Below, piece after piece: positions 21,077-31,284 of a stretch of 64,000 nucleotides of DNA (positions are counted from its first letter, which is position 1; each line of letters starts with the position of its first letter). Below the pieces are notes generated by a model. The model searched no databases and was not told the DNA's origin. It saw only the letters and a list, made by a program, of their open reading frames with translations. The position numbers and the translations under genes were made by a program. The stretch comes from an uncultured cyanobacterium (GTDB lineage: Bacteria; Cyanobacteriota; Cyanobacteriia; Cyanobacteriales; CAWCAG01): contig CAWDOD010000002.1 in the NCBI GenBank assembly GCA_963803805.1, forward strand, positions 576,001-640,000, in the 5' to 3' direction.

Positions 21077-22219
21077 TCACCAATCTCCTAAAGCTAGACA
21101 ATCCCTCGCAGACCAGTGAACATAAACAGGAGTATCAGCTTCTGGTAAACTACTAACTGACATATTCGGCTGCATTACTGTCAAAGAATCTCCTGTAACC
21201 AATTCCACTACATAATGGACATGAGTTCCCAAATACATAACGTGTTTCAAGCGTCCTTCTAAACAATTATGTTCTCCGGTAGGAGGTTCTAGGCTCAATT
21301 TAATTTTTTCTGGGCGGATGCTAACAATAACTTTTTTGTGCAAAGAAGAACGATCCTGTTCTTCTGTATCTGGTAATTGAACGATCAGTTCTAAGCCACG
21401 ATTAGTAATAATTCTGCCAAAAGAAGCATCACTAGCTTCAATAAAACCTTCAAATAAATTAGTATCTCCAATAAAATCAGCTACAAAGGGAGTACGAGGG
21501 CGTTCATAAACTTCGGTAGGATGACCAATTTGTTCAATTTTACCTGAGCGCATTACAGCGATACGATCAGATAAAGAAAGAGCTTCTTCTTGATCGTGAG
21601 TAACCATCACAAAAGTAAGTCTCAACTCCTGATGCAAGCGGGAAAGTTCTACCTGCATTTCTTTACGTAACTTTAAATCTAAAGCCCCTAAAGGTTCATC
21701 CAGGAGAAGTACCGCAGGACGGTTAACCAAAGCCCTAGCTAAAGCAACCCTTTGTTGTTGTCCTCCCGATAACTGACTAGGAAAACGATTGGCATAGGAT
21801 TCCATCTGCACACTAGCCAAAGCTTCCTTAACACCATTTTCCACCTCTAACTTGCCCAATCTTTTAACTTTTAGTCCAAAGGCAACATTTTCTGCCACAG
21901 TTAAATGGTTAAATAGGGCGTAACTCTGGAACACCGTATTCACAGGGCGGCGATAGGGAGGGGCGTTATTCATCAACTGATTTTGAATAAACACCTTACC
22001 TGCACTCAAGGTTTCAAAGCCAGCGATTAAACGCAGAACAGTGGTTTTACCACATCCTGAAGGGCCTAAAATGCTGAAGAATTCTCCTTTACGGACACTG
22101 AGGTTAACTCCGCCCACAGCAGTTTCGCCATCAAAGACTTTAAAAGCTTGGCGTAGTTCAACATCTATAATGGCTGAGCTATCTGTTGAGCGTTGTTCCC
22201 TAGAAGAAGTTTGCAGCAT
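21077..22219 (-). CDS. potA: Polyamine ABC transporter ATP-binding protein
   Basis: GPSGCGKT, LSGGQQQR, LLLDEPLGALDLKLRK, TOBE tail. Confidence 0.92.
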   Translation of the reverse strand: MLQTSSREQRSTDSSAIIDVELRQAFKVFDGETAVGGVNLSVRKGEFFSILGPSGCGKTTVLRLIAGFETLSAGKVFIQNQLMNNAPPYRRPVNTVFQSYALFNHLTVAENVAFGLKVKRLGKLEVENGVKEALASVQMESYANRFPSQLSGGQQQRVALARALVNRPAVLLLDEPLGALDLKLRKEMQVELSRLHQELRLTFVMVTHDQEEALSLSDRIAVMRSGKIEQIGHPTEVYERPRTPFVADFIGDTNLFEGFIEASDASFGRIITNRGLELIVQLPDTEEQDRSSLHKKVIVSIRPEKIKLSLEPPTGEHNCLEGRLKHVMYLGTHVHYVVELVTGDSLTVMQPNMSVSSLPEADTPVYVHWSARDCLALGDW

Positions 22220-22322
22220 AGATATTAAAAATATGACGTGTCAAAATATAACAACTGTGGCAATGGGCAAATTTTAGCTCAGACGCAAGCAAAATATCAT
22301 GCCCATATTTGGATAAAGGTTC

Positions 22323-22427
22323 AGGACTTACGCAGTAAGACGATACGGAGAGGCTTGCGCGTTCGTATAAACGTCTCCGTCAGGCTATAGTTAATAGAGG
22401 TTTTTATAAGCTAAGTGCATAAGTCCT
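22323..22427. mobile_element. MITE-like element (~105 bp)
   Basis: Terminal inverted repeats AGGACTTACGCA / TGCATAAGTCCT (11/12 match); internal ACGGAGA...TCTCCGT hairpin; no ORF. Confidence 0.6.
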
Positions 22428-22784
22428 AGAGTTTCGCTTACAATGATACTTCTTATGTCCCTATTAAAGCTCCTTTAACTCTTTTACCGTTTTACTAAAA
22501 TTATTCCTTGGTGCTGCCTAAATTTCATTATTTGTACCAGTGAAACCAGAAAATCTTTACTTTTTATAGTTTTAGTCCAGAATAAAGTTGATAACTGAAC
22601 GAAAAAATTTTCAAGCTAAACTTAAGGGTGTATTTTAACAATTTAGGTGGGCAGACTCGTCCTGAAGATGGCAATATCAGTAAGAAGAAGTATTAAGCTT
22701 CCTACTTGAGCTTTGTTCTAGTTAACTTAACTATTTAAAACCAACTAACTACAAACCCAAAATACAACCATAGCCTGTTCCCCA

Positions 22785-24587
22785 ATGACTATTATTCAGC
22801 CAGGTCCTAATCTTCGACGGCGACAGATCCCTCGCACTGGTGGTCGTCGCTATCAGTCTATTTTTATTATGAGTCTAATTACCCTCTTTTTGTTGGGGGG
22901 AATTGGTTCTCGTCTAGCTTACCTACAGCTAGTGCAAGGGCAAGAAAATCGCGAAAAGGCAGAAAATAACCGAGTTCGCCTCCTCCCAAAACCACCGATA
23001 CGGGGAACAATTTTTGATCGCAAAGGGGATGTTTTAGTAACTAGTCGTTTGTCCCATTCCGTTTTTATCTGGCCTTTAGCTAGTCAGAAACCTTACTGGG
23101 ATACCACAGTTAAAACCTTATCAGACGTTTTGGGTATTCCAGAAGCAGAAATTCGTCAAAAAGTGGAACAAGCGGGCTATGACTCTCCTACGTTAGTAAG
23201 GATTCAACGAGGTCTTAATAAAGCTCAAATTACCGCCTTTGAAGAATTAGAACCCCAACTTAAAGGCGCTAGCCTCGATATTGACCCTGTACGCCATTAT
23301 CCCCACAAAGAACTAGGTTCTCATATTTTGGGTTATACAGGGGAACTTAATGCCGAAGAGTTAAAAGAAAGTAAGCGAGAAGGCTACATCATGGGAGATG
23401 TGGTCGGTAAAATGGGTGTAGAAGCCGGTTTGGAACCCTTACTTCGGGGTGAATGGGGTGGCCAGCAGGTAGAAGTTAACGGTGCTGGTAAAGTAATGAG
23501 AGTTTTAGGAGAAAAAGAGGCAGAAGCTGGTGGAGATGTTACCTTAACCATTGACCTTGACCTTCAAAAAACTGCTGGTGCAGCTTTGGGCAACCGCAAA
23601 GGTGCTATTGTAGCCCTTGATCCTAGAAATGGGGAAGTTCTGGCGATGGTGAGTAATCCAGGCTTCGATCCCAACATTTTCTCGACGCGAGTTACCCCTG
23701 ATGTTTGGAAAGAATTGCAAGGAAGAGATCACCCCTTTGTTAACCGTGCTTTAAGAGGATTTCCCCCCGCTTCTACTTTTAAGATTGTTACAGCAGTAGC
23801 TGGTATGGAAACGGGTAAATTTTCTCCAGATACTGTCTTGCCAACCTATGCCTATCTCCGAGTGGGAGGAACTAGTTTTGGGGAATGGAACCGGGCTGGA
23901 TTTGGTCCGATGGGCTTTGTTAAAGCCTTAGCTTGGAGTAGTAATACCTTTTTTGGTCAAATTGGTAAAGGTGTAGGTGGACCGGCTTTAATTGATTGGT
24001 CGCGGCGTTTCGGTTTTGGTTCTGCTACAGGTATTGAATTACCAGGAGAAGCAGCCGGGTTAATCGCTGATAATGAATGGAAAAAGGATAATTTCGATGG
24101 TTGGGAATGGCACGTCGGCGACACAGTAAATATGTCCATTGGTCAGGGTTTCACCCAAGCGACTCCTTTACAAGTAGCAGTAATGTTTGCTGTACCAGCA
24201 AATAGCGGTTATAAAGTTACTCCTCACTTACTCAAAAATAATGGTAAGCCCGATGAGGAATGGCGTAAGTCCCTGGATTTAGATCCAGAAACAGTTAAGA
24301 CTGTTCGGGAAGGACTACGAGAGGTGGTTAGTAGCGGCACAGGAAGGGCAGCCCAAAGCGAAGGAATGCCCCCAGTTGCTGGGAAAAGCGGTACAGCAGA
24401 AGCCCCTCCAGGAGAAGCCCATGCTTGGTTCGGTGCATTTGCTCCCTACGATAAGCCAGAGATTGTTGTAGTCGCTTTTGCTGAACATTCTGGCGGCGGC
24501 GGTGGTTCAGTGGCTGCACCGATGGTTAACCAAGTTCTAAGAACTTATTTTAAGGTTAAGGATAAGAAGGAGAAGGAAAGTAAGTAA
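22785..24587 (+). CDS. mrdA: Penicillin-binding protein 2
   Basis: N-terminal TM, PIRGTIFDRKG; SxxK (STFK), SxN (SSN) and KSG motifs. Confidence 0.93.
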   Translation: MTIIQPGPNLRRRQIPRTGGRRYQSIFIMSLITLFLLGGIGSRLAYLQLVQGQENREKAENNRVRLLPKPPIRGTIFDRKGDVLVTSRLSHSVFIWPLASQKPYWDTTVKTLSDVLGIPEAEIRQKVEQAGYDSPTLVRIQRGLNKAQITAFEELEPQLKGASLDIDPVRHYPHKELGSHILGYTGELNAEELKESKREGYIMGDVVGKMGVEAGLEPLLRGEWGGQQVEVNGAGKVMRVLGEKEAEAGGDVTLTIDLDLQKTAGAALGNRKGAIVALDPRNGEVLAMVSNPGFDPNIFSTRVTPDVWKELQGRDHPFVNRALRGFPPASTFKIVTAVAGMETGKFSPDTVLPTYAYLRVGGTSFGEWNRAGFGPMGFVKALAWSSNTFFGQIGKGVGGPALIDWSRRFGFGSATGIELPGEAAGLIADNEWKKDNFDGWEWHVGDTVNMSIGQGFTQATPLQVAVMFAVPANSGYKVTPHLLKNNGKPDEEWRKSLDLDPETVKTVREGLREVVSSGTGRAAQSEGMPPVAGKSGTAEAPPGEAHAWFGAFAPYDKPEIVVVAFAEHSGGGGGSVAAPMVNQVLRTYFKVKDKKEKESK

Positions 24588-24772
24588 TGAGTAATTAGCA
24601 ATTAGACATCTCCGGAAATAAAAAACGAAATCAATTCTTATACCGAAATCACAAATTATTCTTACTATTCCCTCTTTTCCGGAGATGATTATTAGCCCTT
24701 CTTTTCTTTGCTAAATACTGTTGGTGATAATCTTCTGCCAAATAAAACTTGGTAGCCGGTTTTATTTCTGTA

Positions 24773-25785
24773 ACGTGAGTTCGACGGAGAAAAAGAGAGA
24801 AAAGAAAAGCATCAGAGGTATGCTGAAAATGAATCGTAATCAGTTTCTGATGCTATGTCTAATATTGTATCCCGTCTCGATATCACCCAAATATTTTGTC
24901 AAGTAGATGACTTTTATCAGAAGTTTGAGAGGCATTGGCAACAACAGCCAATGTTGACATCAACTTGTGGAGAACGTCTATGTCGCTCCCGCCTAAGCTT
25001 GAGTGAAGTGATGACAATTGTCATAGCCTTTCATGGTTCAGGATTCAGAACGTTTAAAGAATTTTACACCCTGCAAGTATTACCCTACTGGAAAAAAGCT
25101 TTTCCCAATTTGGTCAGCTACAATCGATTTGTGGAGCTAATGCCGTGGTGCTTGATGCTTCTATGCTGCTTTCTTCATACTCTTCGAGGGGAAATTACTG
25201 GTATCAGTTTTATTGATTCAACCCCCATTGAAGTCTGTCACCCAAATCGCTCCAAAAGTCACAAAGTTTTTGAAGGTTTGGTGGGTTGGGGCAAAAATTC
25301 GATGGGATGGCACTATGGCTTCAAGCTACATCTGATTATTAATGATAAAGGTGAGTTGCTCGCTTTCAAACTTACAGAGGGTAATACTGATGACCGTAAT
25401 CCTGTGCCAGATATGGCTGATGGCTTGATTGGCAAGTTATTTGGCGACCGTGGTTACATTTCTCAGGACTTGTTTGAGCAGCTTTACGAGCAAAAGCTAC
25501 AACTGATTACACATCGTAAGAAGAATATGAAACCAAAGTTAATGCGCCTCCAAGATAAGATTCTACTGCGTAAGCGTTCTTTGATTGAAACCGTTAATGA
25601 TCAGCTTAAGAATATCTGTCAGATTCAGCATTCAAGACACCGCAGTGTTTGGAATTTTCTGGTTAATCTTTTAGCTGGTCTAATCGCTTATACTTTCTTA
25701 CCTAAAAAGCCTTCCCTTGATCTCTGAACCAAAAGGCTTAGCTGAACTACCTTCTGCTGTTTTTTAACTTTCGTCGAACTCACGT
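24773..25785 (+). mobile_element. Complete IS982-family insertion sequence
   Basis: Terminal IRs ACGTGAGTTCGACG / CGTCGAACTCACGT; 6-bp direct repeat TCTGTA at 24767-24772 and 25786-25791. Confidence 0.95.
24855..25727 (+). CDS. IS982-family DDE transposase
   Basis: LSLSEVMTI, SYNRFV, FIDST, YGFKLH, GDRGY, RSLIETV. Confidence 0.95.
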   Translation: MSNIVSRLDITQIFCQVDDFYQKFERHWQQQPMLTSTCGERLCRSRLSLSEVMTIVIAFHGSGFRTFKEFYTLQVLPYWKKAFPNLVSYNRFVELMPWCLMLLCCFLHTLRGEITGISFIDSTPIEVCHPNRSKSHKVFEGLVGWGKNSMGWHYGFKLHLIINDKGELLAFKLTEGNTDDRNPVPDMADGLIGKLFGDRGYISQDLFEQLYEQKLQLITHRKKNMKPKLMRLQDKILLRKRSLIETVNDQLKNICQIQHSRHRSVWNFLVNLLAGLIAYTFLPKKPSLDL

Positions 25786-26496
25786 TCTGTAACAATTTTA
25801 TTTTCATATCTGCCAGACTTTTCAAGCTTTGCTTTAGAGGTTCTGGCAGTTACTTCTTGTGCTTGATTGTGATAGAAGATAGCTGAACGGTATTGTTCTC
25901 CTCGATCTGCCCTGGCGGTTTAAGGTAGTGGGATCGTGAATTTGCCAAAAAATATCGAGTAATTCTGTATAGTTAATTTCTTGGGGATTGTATTCTATTT
26001 CTACAGCTTCTGCATGACCCGTAATTCTGGCACAAACATCAAGATAAATAGGATTTTCAAAATGCCCTCCGGTGTAGCCAACGATAGTTGAAATAACTCC
26101 TTTAACTTGGCTAAATTTATCTTCAATGCCCCAAAAACAGCCTGCGGCAAAGGTGGCTTTTTCCATCAAAATTTTTACCTTAAATTCAAACTCTAATTAA
26201 CACGCCTTGATCATAATACTCATTCACAGCTATGTTAGAATTTCATGACATTTTGATCCCTCGCAACCTTGAAAATTCGTTATTGGAGTCAAAATCCAGT
26301 AATAACAGGCGATCTCCTTAGTCAAAGTTCTGTTACATTTTTAAATATATAAGCGATCCCCGCGATCCCAAATCAAGAAGTTAGATTATCAAAATTTTAT
26401 TTGGTAGTGACAAAAAAACACTAGCTTCAAAAGATGAAGTAACTAAATTCTAGAAGCAGGGGATTAGCCGGATACGCTGAATAGGAGATCGAACTC

Positions 26497-27729
26497 ATGG
26501 CAAAAGAACGTCCACCTTTAGAAGAAATGACGCTAAGGCAGCTTCGTAGAGTTGCCAGTGAATATAACGTGAGTCGCTACAGCCGGATGCGTAAAGCCCA
26601 GCTACTCGCTGAATTACAAAAAAGAGAAAGCGAAAAATTTTCTCGCAGTCCATCTATAATATCGGAGGCACAAGTGGAAGCATCTAAATTTGAACTAGGT
26701 CAAGAAGATCCGACTGGCGGAACCTTAGCGTCCGTAGATGAGGGACTTAACGAACTTCCCGATGGCTATGGTGCAAGCAGAATTGTTTTAATGCCTCGCG
26801 ATCCCCAATGGTGCTATACCTACTGGGATATTCCTGGAGAACATAAAGAAGAATTGCGCCGCCAAGGGGGGCAACAACTTACTCTAAGACTTTACGACGT
26901 TACTGATATCAACTTAGACTCTCAAAGCCCCCACAGCTTACAAGAATTTCCCTGTGATGAACTAGCCAGAGAATGGTATTTACCTATGCCGGTTAGTGAT
27001 CGCGACTATGCAGTAGATATTGGTTATCGTTGTGCAGATGGGCGTTGGTTAGTCTTAGCCCGTTCTGCGGTAGTACGTGTACCACCGGTTTATCCTTCTG
27101 ATTGGATAGAAGACCAGTTTGTAACTGTAGATTGGGAAGAAGATTTACGGGGTAAAACAGTCTTTGAACTTGTTCCCCCCAGCAAAAGTGCTGCGGCCGC
27201 TGGTATGGTAGGTGGTATTGCTGCTGATAACCCCATTTATGACGAAATTTTCGGTATGGCTGAGTCCACCGAAGCTCAAAGGGTTGCAGGTTCCCTTTAT
27301 GGTTCTATGCAACAGGTTCCTGTCCATGAAGAAGCTATTAGTTCTTACGTCTTCCCCTCTGGAGTGGGAATGTGGGCTTCTGGGAATATGTCCGGTGTCG
27401 GTATGACTATGTCTGGGGCAGGTTTCTCAGCTTCTGCGCCTCCTATTCGTCCTCGCAAGTTCTGGCTGGTAGCGGATGCAGAGTTAATTGTCTATGGGGC
27501 AACGGAACCTGATGCTACAGTTACAATTGGTGGTCGTCCTATTAAGCTCAGTCCTGATGGTACTTTCCGCTTCCAAATGTCTTTCCAGGATGGCTTAATC
27601 GATTATCCTATCAAGGCAGTAGCTGTTGATGGTGAACAAACTCGTTCCATTCAAATGAAGTTCAACCGCGAAACTCCTTCTCGAAATACCAATACTAAAG
27701 AAGAAGCCGTAGAAGAGTGGTTTGCTTAA
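26497..27729 (+). CDS. DUF4912 protein with N-terminal Rho_N-like motif
   Basis: MTLRQLRRVA...YSRMRKAQL; LPDGYG..RIVLMPRDPQW; ADAELIVYGATEPDA. Confidence 0.9.
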   Translation: MAKERPPLEEMTLRQLRRVASEYNVSRYSRMRKAQLLAELQKRESEKFSRSPSIISEAQVEASKFELGQEDPTGGTLASVDEGLNELPDGYGASRIVLMPRDPQWCYTYWDIPGEHKEELRRQGGQQLTLRLYDVTDINLDSQSPHSLQEFPCDELAREWYLPMPVSDRDYAVDIGYRCADGRWLVLARSAVVRVPPVYPSDWIEDQFVTVDWEEDLRGKTVFELVPPSKSAAAAGMVGGIAADNPIYDEIFGMAESTEAQRVAGSLYGSMQQVPVHEEAISSYVFPSGVGMWASGNMSGVGMTMSGAGFSASAPPIRPRKFWLVADAELIVYGATEPDATVTIGGRPIKLSPDGTFRFQMSFQDGLIDYPIKAVAVDGEQTRSIQMKFNRETPSRNTNTKEEAVEEWFA

Positions 27730-27822
27730 ATAACAAAGAGTGGGTAGTAGGGGAAAGAAAACTTTGTAATTCTTTTCTTTGCCAAACAAGAACTTAAAAA
27801 TCAGACCACAACTTCTTAACAG

Positions 27823-27857
27823 ATATCCCCAGCATTAATGCTGGGGATATTTTTTTT
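27823..27857. terminator. Terminator hairpin between convergent genes
   Basis: Perfect palindrome ATATCCCCAGCATTAATGCTGGGGATAT followed by a T run. Confidence 0.8.
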
Positions 27858-29877
27858 AGGCAGAAGTAACTAACTCCCTTTGCTTTTCTGGCAATTCTGT
27901 ATGTTTAGCCACAATACGTCGGAACTCATCCCCTTCAATGGTTTCTTTTTCCAACAAAATATCTACCAGACGATCTACCAAAGAGCGATTTTCTCGAATC
28001 AACCGTCTTGCTTCAGCATGACCCTGATTAGCAATCTCTCGTACTTGCAAGTCAATCTTTTGAGCAACTTCTTCAGAATATTCTGAACGAGGACCCCATC
28101 CTGAACCCAGGAAGACTTGATCATCAGGATTTTCTAAGGCTATGGGGCCAAGGTCTGACATTCCATAACGAGTTACCATTTCCCTAGCTAAATTAGCGAC
28201 TCCTTTAATATCGCTGCTTGCTCCGATGGTAACTTCGTCATAGCCAAAAATCTCTTCTTCTGCGGCTCTTCCCCCCAAGTAAATGGTAATTTGATCCATG
28301 AGCCAAGCCTTACTATAAAGTCCGCTATCGACCATTTCTTCGTTAAATACCTGTTGGGCAAAACCTCCTATGCCACCAGAGCGAGGAATAATTGTTACTT
28401 TATTGAGGGGATCAGAATGCTTTAATAAGGTCATCAACAAAGCGTGACCAACTTCATGGTAGGCAATGAGCCGCTTTTTCTTGCTATCTAAAAGGGGATT
28501 CATGCTTAAGCCAATGGTGATGCGATCCAGGGCATCTTCAATTTCGAGGGTGGTGATCGCTTCCTTACGCCGCCTCGCAGTTAAAATGGCAGCTTCGTTG
28601 AGTAAGTTAGCTAAATCAGCTCCAGAAAGACCAGGAGTACGGCGGGCTACGGCTTCTAAGGAGACATCTTCAGCGACTTTTTTGGTACGGGAATGGACTT
28701 GTAAAATTCCCAAACGCCCGTTATATCCAGGTAAATCCACCATAACTTGACGATCAAATCTTCCTGGACGTAATAGGGCAGAATCGAGAACATCGGCTCT
28801 ATTGGTAGCAGCAATCACAATGATCCCGGTATTCATTTCAAAACCATCCATCTCTGTGAGGAGTTGGTTGAGGGTTTGTTCCCTCTCATCATTGCCACCA
28901 CCAATTCCTGCCCCTCGCTGTCTACCTACCGCATCAATTTCATCGATGAAAATGAGACAAGGAGCATTTTCTTTGGCTTTTTTAAATAGATCCCGAACAC
29001 GAGAAGCCCCAACCCCAACAAACATTTCTACAAATTCTGAACCAGAAATGCTAAAGAAAGGAACCCCAGCTTCTCCAGCTACAGCTTTAGCTAATAAAGT
29101 TTTTCCAGTTCCAGGAGGTCCAATTAACAAAACTCCTTTAGGAATGCGAGCGCCCAGGGCAGTAAAACGCTCAGTTTCTTTGAGGAAGCTAACTACTTCT
29201 TGCAGTTCTTCTTTAGCTTCATCAATACCAGCTACATCATTAAATTGGATACCGGTTTCTGCCTCCATTTGAAAGCGGGCGCGGGATTTACCAAAATTCA
29301 TGGCTTGGCCAGAAGATGCTGCTGAACGCCGCAAAATGGCAATTAATCCACCTAATAAAATTACGAGGATCAAAATATTAACGGCGATGCCAAAAGCCTC
29401 GGAGTGGTCAGTAGATTGAGTGACTTCTAGTTCAACTTTTTGAGTATTTTGAGGTGCAGCCCCTTCTGGTTCTGGAAGTAGTGGTTCACCATCAATTTGA
29501 GGGTTTTTCAGACCCCCAGTACCGTTGATTTTCTCAATAAGTTCAGGATTTTGGTTAAGTAATTTGACTTCTTTAGGAGGAGTATCAGCATCTTGACCAG
29601 AGAGAAAAACTTTTGCTGTCTCAGTGGTTTCGTCAATCTGGATTTTTTCTACTTTACCTTTATCAATTTGGTCTAAGAGTTCGCTATAGCTAATTTCGCT
29701 GCTATCTTCTTCTTTCTGGGCATAAGCAGGATTTCCCAGCAACATAGTAGAGAAAAGTACCAAGCTAGTAGCAAAACGCCAGAAGCTTTGCGATGCTTTT
29801 GTACCTTGTTTAAAAGGAGAACTCCTGCCGTCTCTATGAGAAAAAACTGCTTGCTTTTTAATCTGGTTTTTTTTCAT
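27856..29877 (-). CDS. ftsH: ATP-dependent zinc metalloprotease FtsH
   Basis: Two TM segments, [26 protein letters not shown]. Confidence 0.96.
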   Translation of the reverse strand: MKKNQIKKQAVFSHRDGRSSPFKQGTKASQSFWRFATSLVLFSTMLLGNPAYAQKEEDSSEISYSELLDQIDKGKVEKIQIDETTETAKVFLSGQDADTPPKEVKLLNQNPELIEKINGTGGLKNPQIDGEPLLPEPEGAAPQNTQKVELEVTQSTDHSEAFGIAVNILILVILLGGLIAILRRSAASSGQAMNFGKSRARFQMEAETGIQFNDVAGIDEAKEELQEVVSFLKETERFTALGARIPKGVLLIGPPGTGKTLLAKAVAGEAGVPFFSISGSEFVEMFVGVGASRVRDLFKKAKENAPCLIFIDEIDAVGRQRGAGIGGGNDEREQTLNQLLTEMDGFEMNTGIIVIAATNRADVLDSALLRPGRFDRQVMVDLPGYNGRLGILQVHSRTKKVAEDVSLEAVARRTPGLSGADLANLLNEAAILTARRRKEAITTLEIEDALDRITIGLSMNPLLDSKKKRLIAYHEVGHALLMTLLKHSDPLNKVTIIPRSGGIGGFAQQVFNEEMVDSGLYSKAWLMDQITIYLGGRAAEEEIFGYDEVTIGASSDIKGVANLAREMVTRYGMSDLGPIALENPDDQVFLGSGWGPRSEYSEEVAQKIDLQVREIANQGHAEARRLIRENRSLVDRLVDILLEKETIEGDEFRRIVAKHTELPEKQRELVTSA

Positions 29878-29988
29878 GCCCTTGCTTTCTTAAATAGCTT
29901 GATGGGGTTTGCTTTTTACATATTGTTACTGTATCTAGTTTAACTTTTCTCTTCTAAGACGGTTGGTTTTTGGGTTAGACAGCAGGGA

Positions 29989-31095
29989 TTATCCCAGTTG
30001 TTCTTTTAAAATTACTCGAAGTTTGTCTTGTTGTTCTACCGTACCTGCCAACAACACACCTATTTTCCCGACCAAAATACAGCCCCAGTTAACCAAAATC
30101 ACTCCTGTACCAGTTTGGGAATCATATTCAATATCCTCTAAATTTATCTCTTTCAAGGAATGATAGCTGGTATTAAAGTTTTCGCTTGTCCAACTAGATA
30201 TGTTCAATTTCTGGGCAATTCCAGTGGGATAAGATGCCCCGTTGAAGCGAGGGTTACACTCAATAGCGACATAACGGGTTGCGCCTTCCCCTTCTACCAC
30301 TGCTACATCAAAGGCAAAGATTTCCTTCATGCCATTTTCCAACATCCATACTGCCATGGGTTCTACGGTTTCCCAGGGTTGGTGATGGGTAGGATAGCGG
30401 TTGCCCATATGAGTGCAACCAGCTAATATCTGTTCTGATGCGGCTAGGGGTTTAACTTGTTTGCCTTTAATGCAATATTGTAGGTTCAAGAACTTAGAAG
30501 CAATGATTTCTTCTTGAATTTGTAAAGGCACATCTACCTCAACAGATTCCATTGCAGCAATTAATTCTTGTTGATCTTCGCAGCGTACAATACCCATGCC
30601 ATCAACAGAAACTGCTGGTTTCAAATAACAAGGATAGGGAAGTTCGCTATAGTTACTTATTTTGGTTTTATTCTCAACACAGATAGTTTGAGGAACTGTG
30701 ACTTCAAGTTCTTGGGCTAGTTCAATGAAGCTGTTCTTGGAGTTCATGAAAGCAACTACTTTCAACCAGTCTTCATCTACTTTCCGAAACCAATCTTGAC
30801 TTTCGCGATTGCCATTGACAGCATCACCAAAGAAAAAGACAGAAATATCGTAGTCTGGATAATCCCCCATCTTAACCCGTGATACATCCCAAATGACTTC
30901 ATGGGTATGGTTTAAGCCAACACGTTGGTAATGTTCTGTAATGGCATTCCACTCTTGTTTTAAATCAGGATGAAGTTGGATAATGTCATGGGGTTCTGTC
31001 ATACCAAGTACCCTACCAGAGTAAAGATGGTTGCCCAGCACAGCCTCATGGGTACAGGTCATAATGTCGTGGTTAAATATTTTTTTACTGTTCAC
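29989..31095 (-). CDS. Stand-alone ATP-grasp domain protein
   Basis: YLKPAVSVDGMG, QIQEEI, AFDVAV, IECNPRFNG. Confidence 0.85.
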   Translation of the reverse strand: MNSKKIFNHDIMTCTHEAVLGNHLYSGRVLGMTEPHDIIQLHPDLKQEWNAITEHYQRVGLNHTHEVIWDVSRVKMGDYPDYDISVFFFGDAVNGNRESQDWFRKVDEDWLKVVAFMNSKNSFIELAQELEVTVPQTICVENKTKISNYSELPYPCYLKPAVSVDGMGIVRCEDQQELIAAMESVEVDVPLQIQEEIIASKFLNLQYCIKGKQVKPLAASEQILAGCTHMGNRYPTHHQPWETVEPMAVWMLENGMKEIFAFDVAVVEGEGATRYVAIECNPRFNGASYPTGIAQKLNISSWTSENFNTSYHSLKEINLEDIEYDSQTGTGVILVNWGCILVGKIGVLLAGTVEQQDKLRVILKEQLG

Positions 31096-31284
31096 TTTTA
31101 CAAAGTTGTTACTTACGAGTTTTTGTTTGCTTAAATCCTATCGGAGAATATAACCGTTTACTATTACTCAACAGAAAGATTTACCTTATACTTAGAAATT
31201 TTAGTTCTTTGAGATAACCTCTATGTCAAAGTGAGAACAAAAGATATAAGGATAAAATAGTATTAATTGTCAGTTAAGAAATCT

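Larger units (their letters stand above)
24649..26166 (-). pseudogene. msrA: Peptide-methionine (S)-S-oxide reductase interrupted by IS982, plus a frameshift near 25905
   Basis: [21 protein letters not shown]. ...YENKIVTE on the right of the IS continues on the left as IKPATKFYLAEDYHQQYLAK. Confidence 0.92.

Noticed and set aside
28466-29272. Plus-strand ORFs opposite ftsH (and similar shadow ORFs opposite cobN, cyaC, clpX, rnj and the toxin gene)
   Set aside because: Antisense or alternate-frame shadows of well-supported genes.
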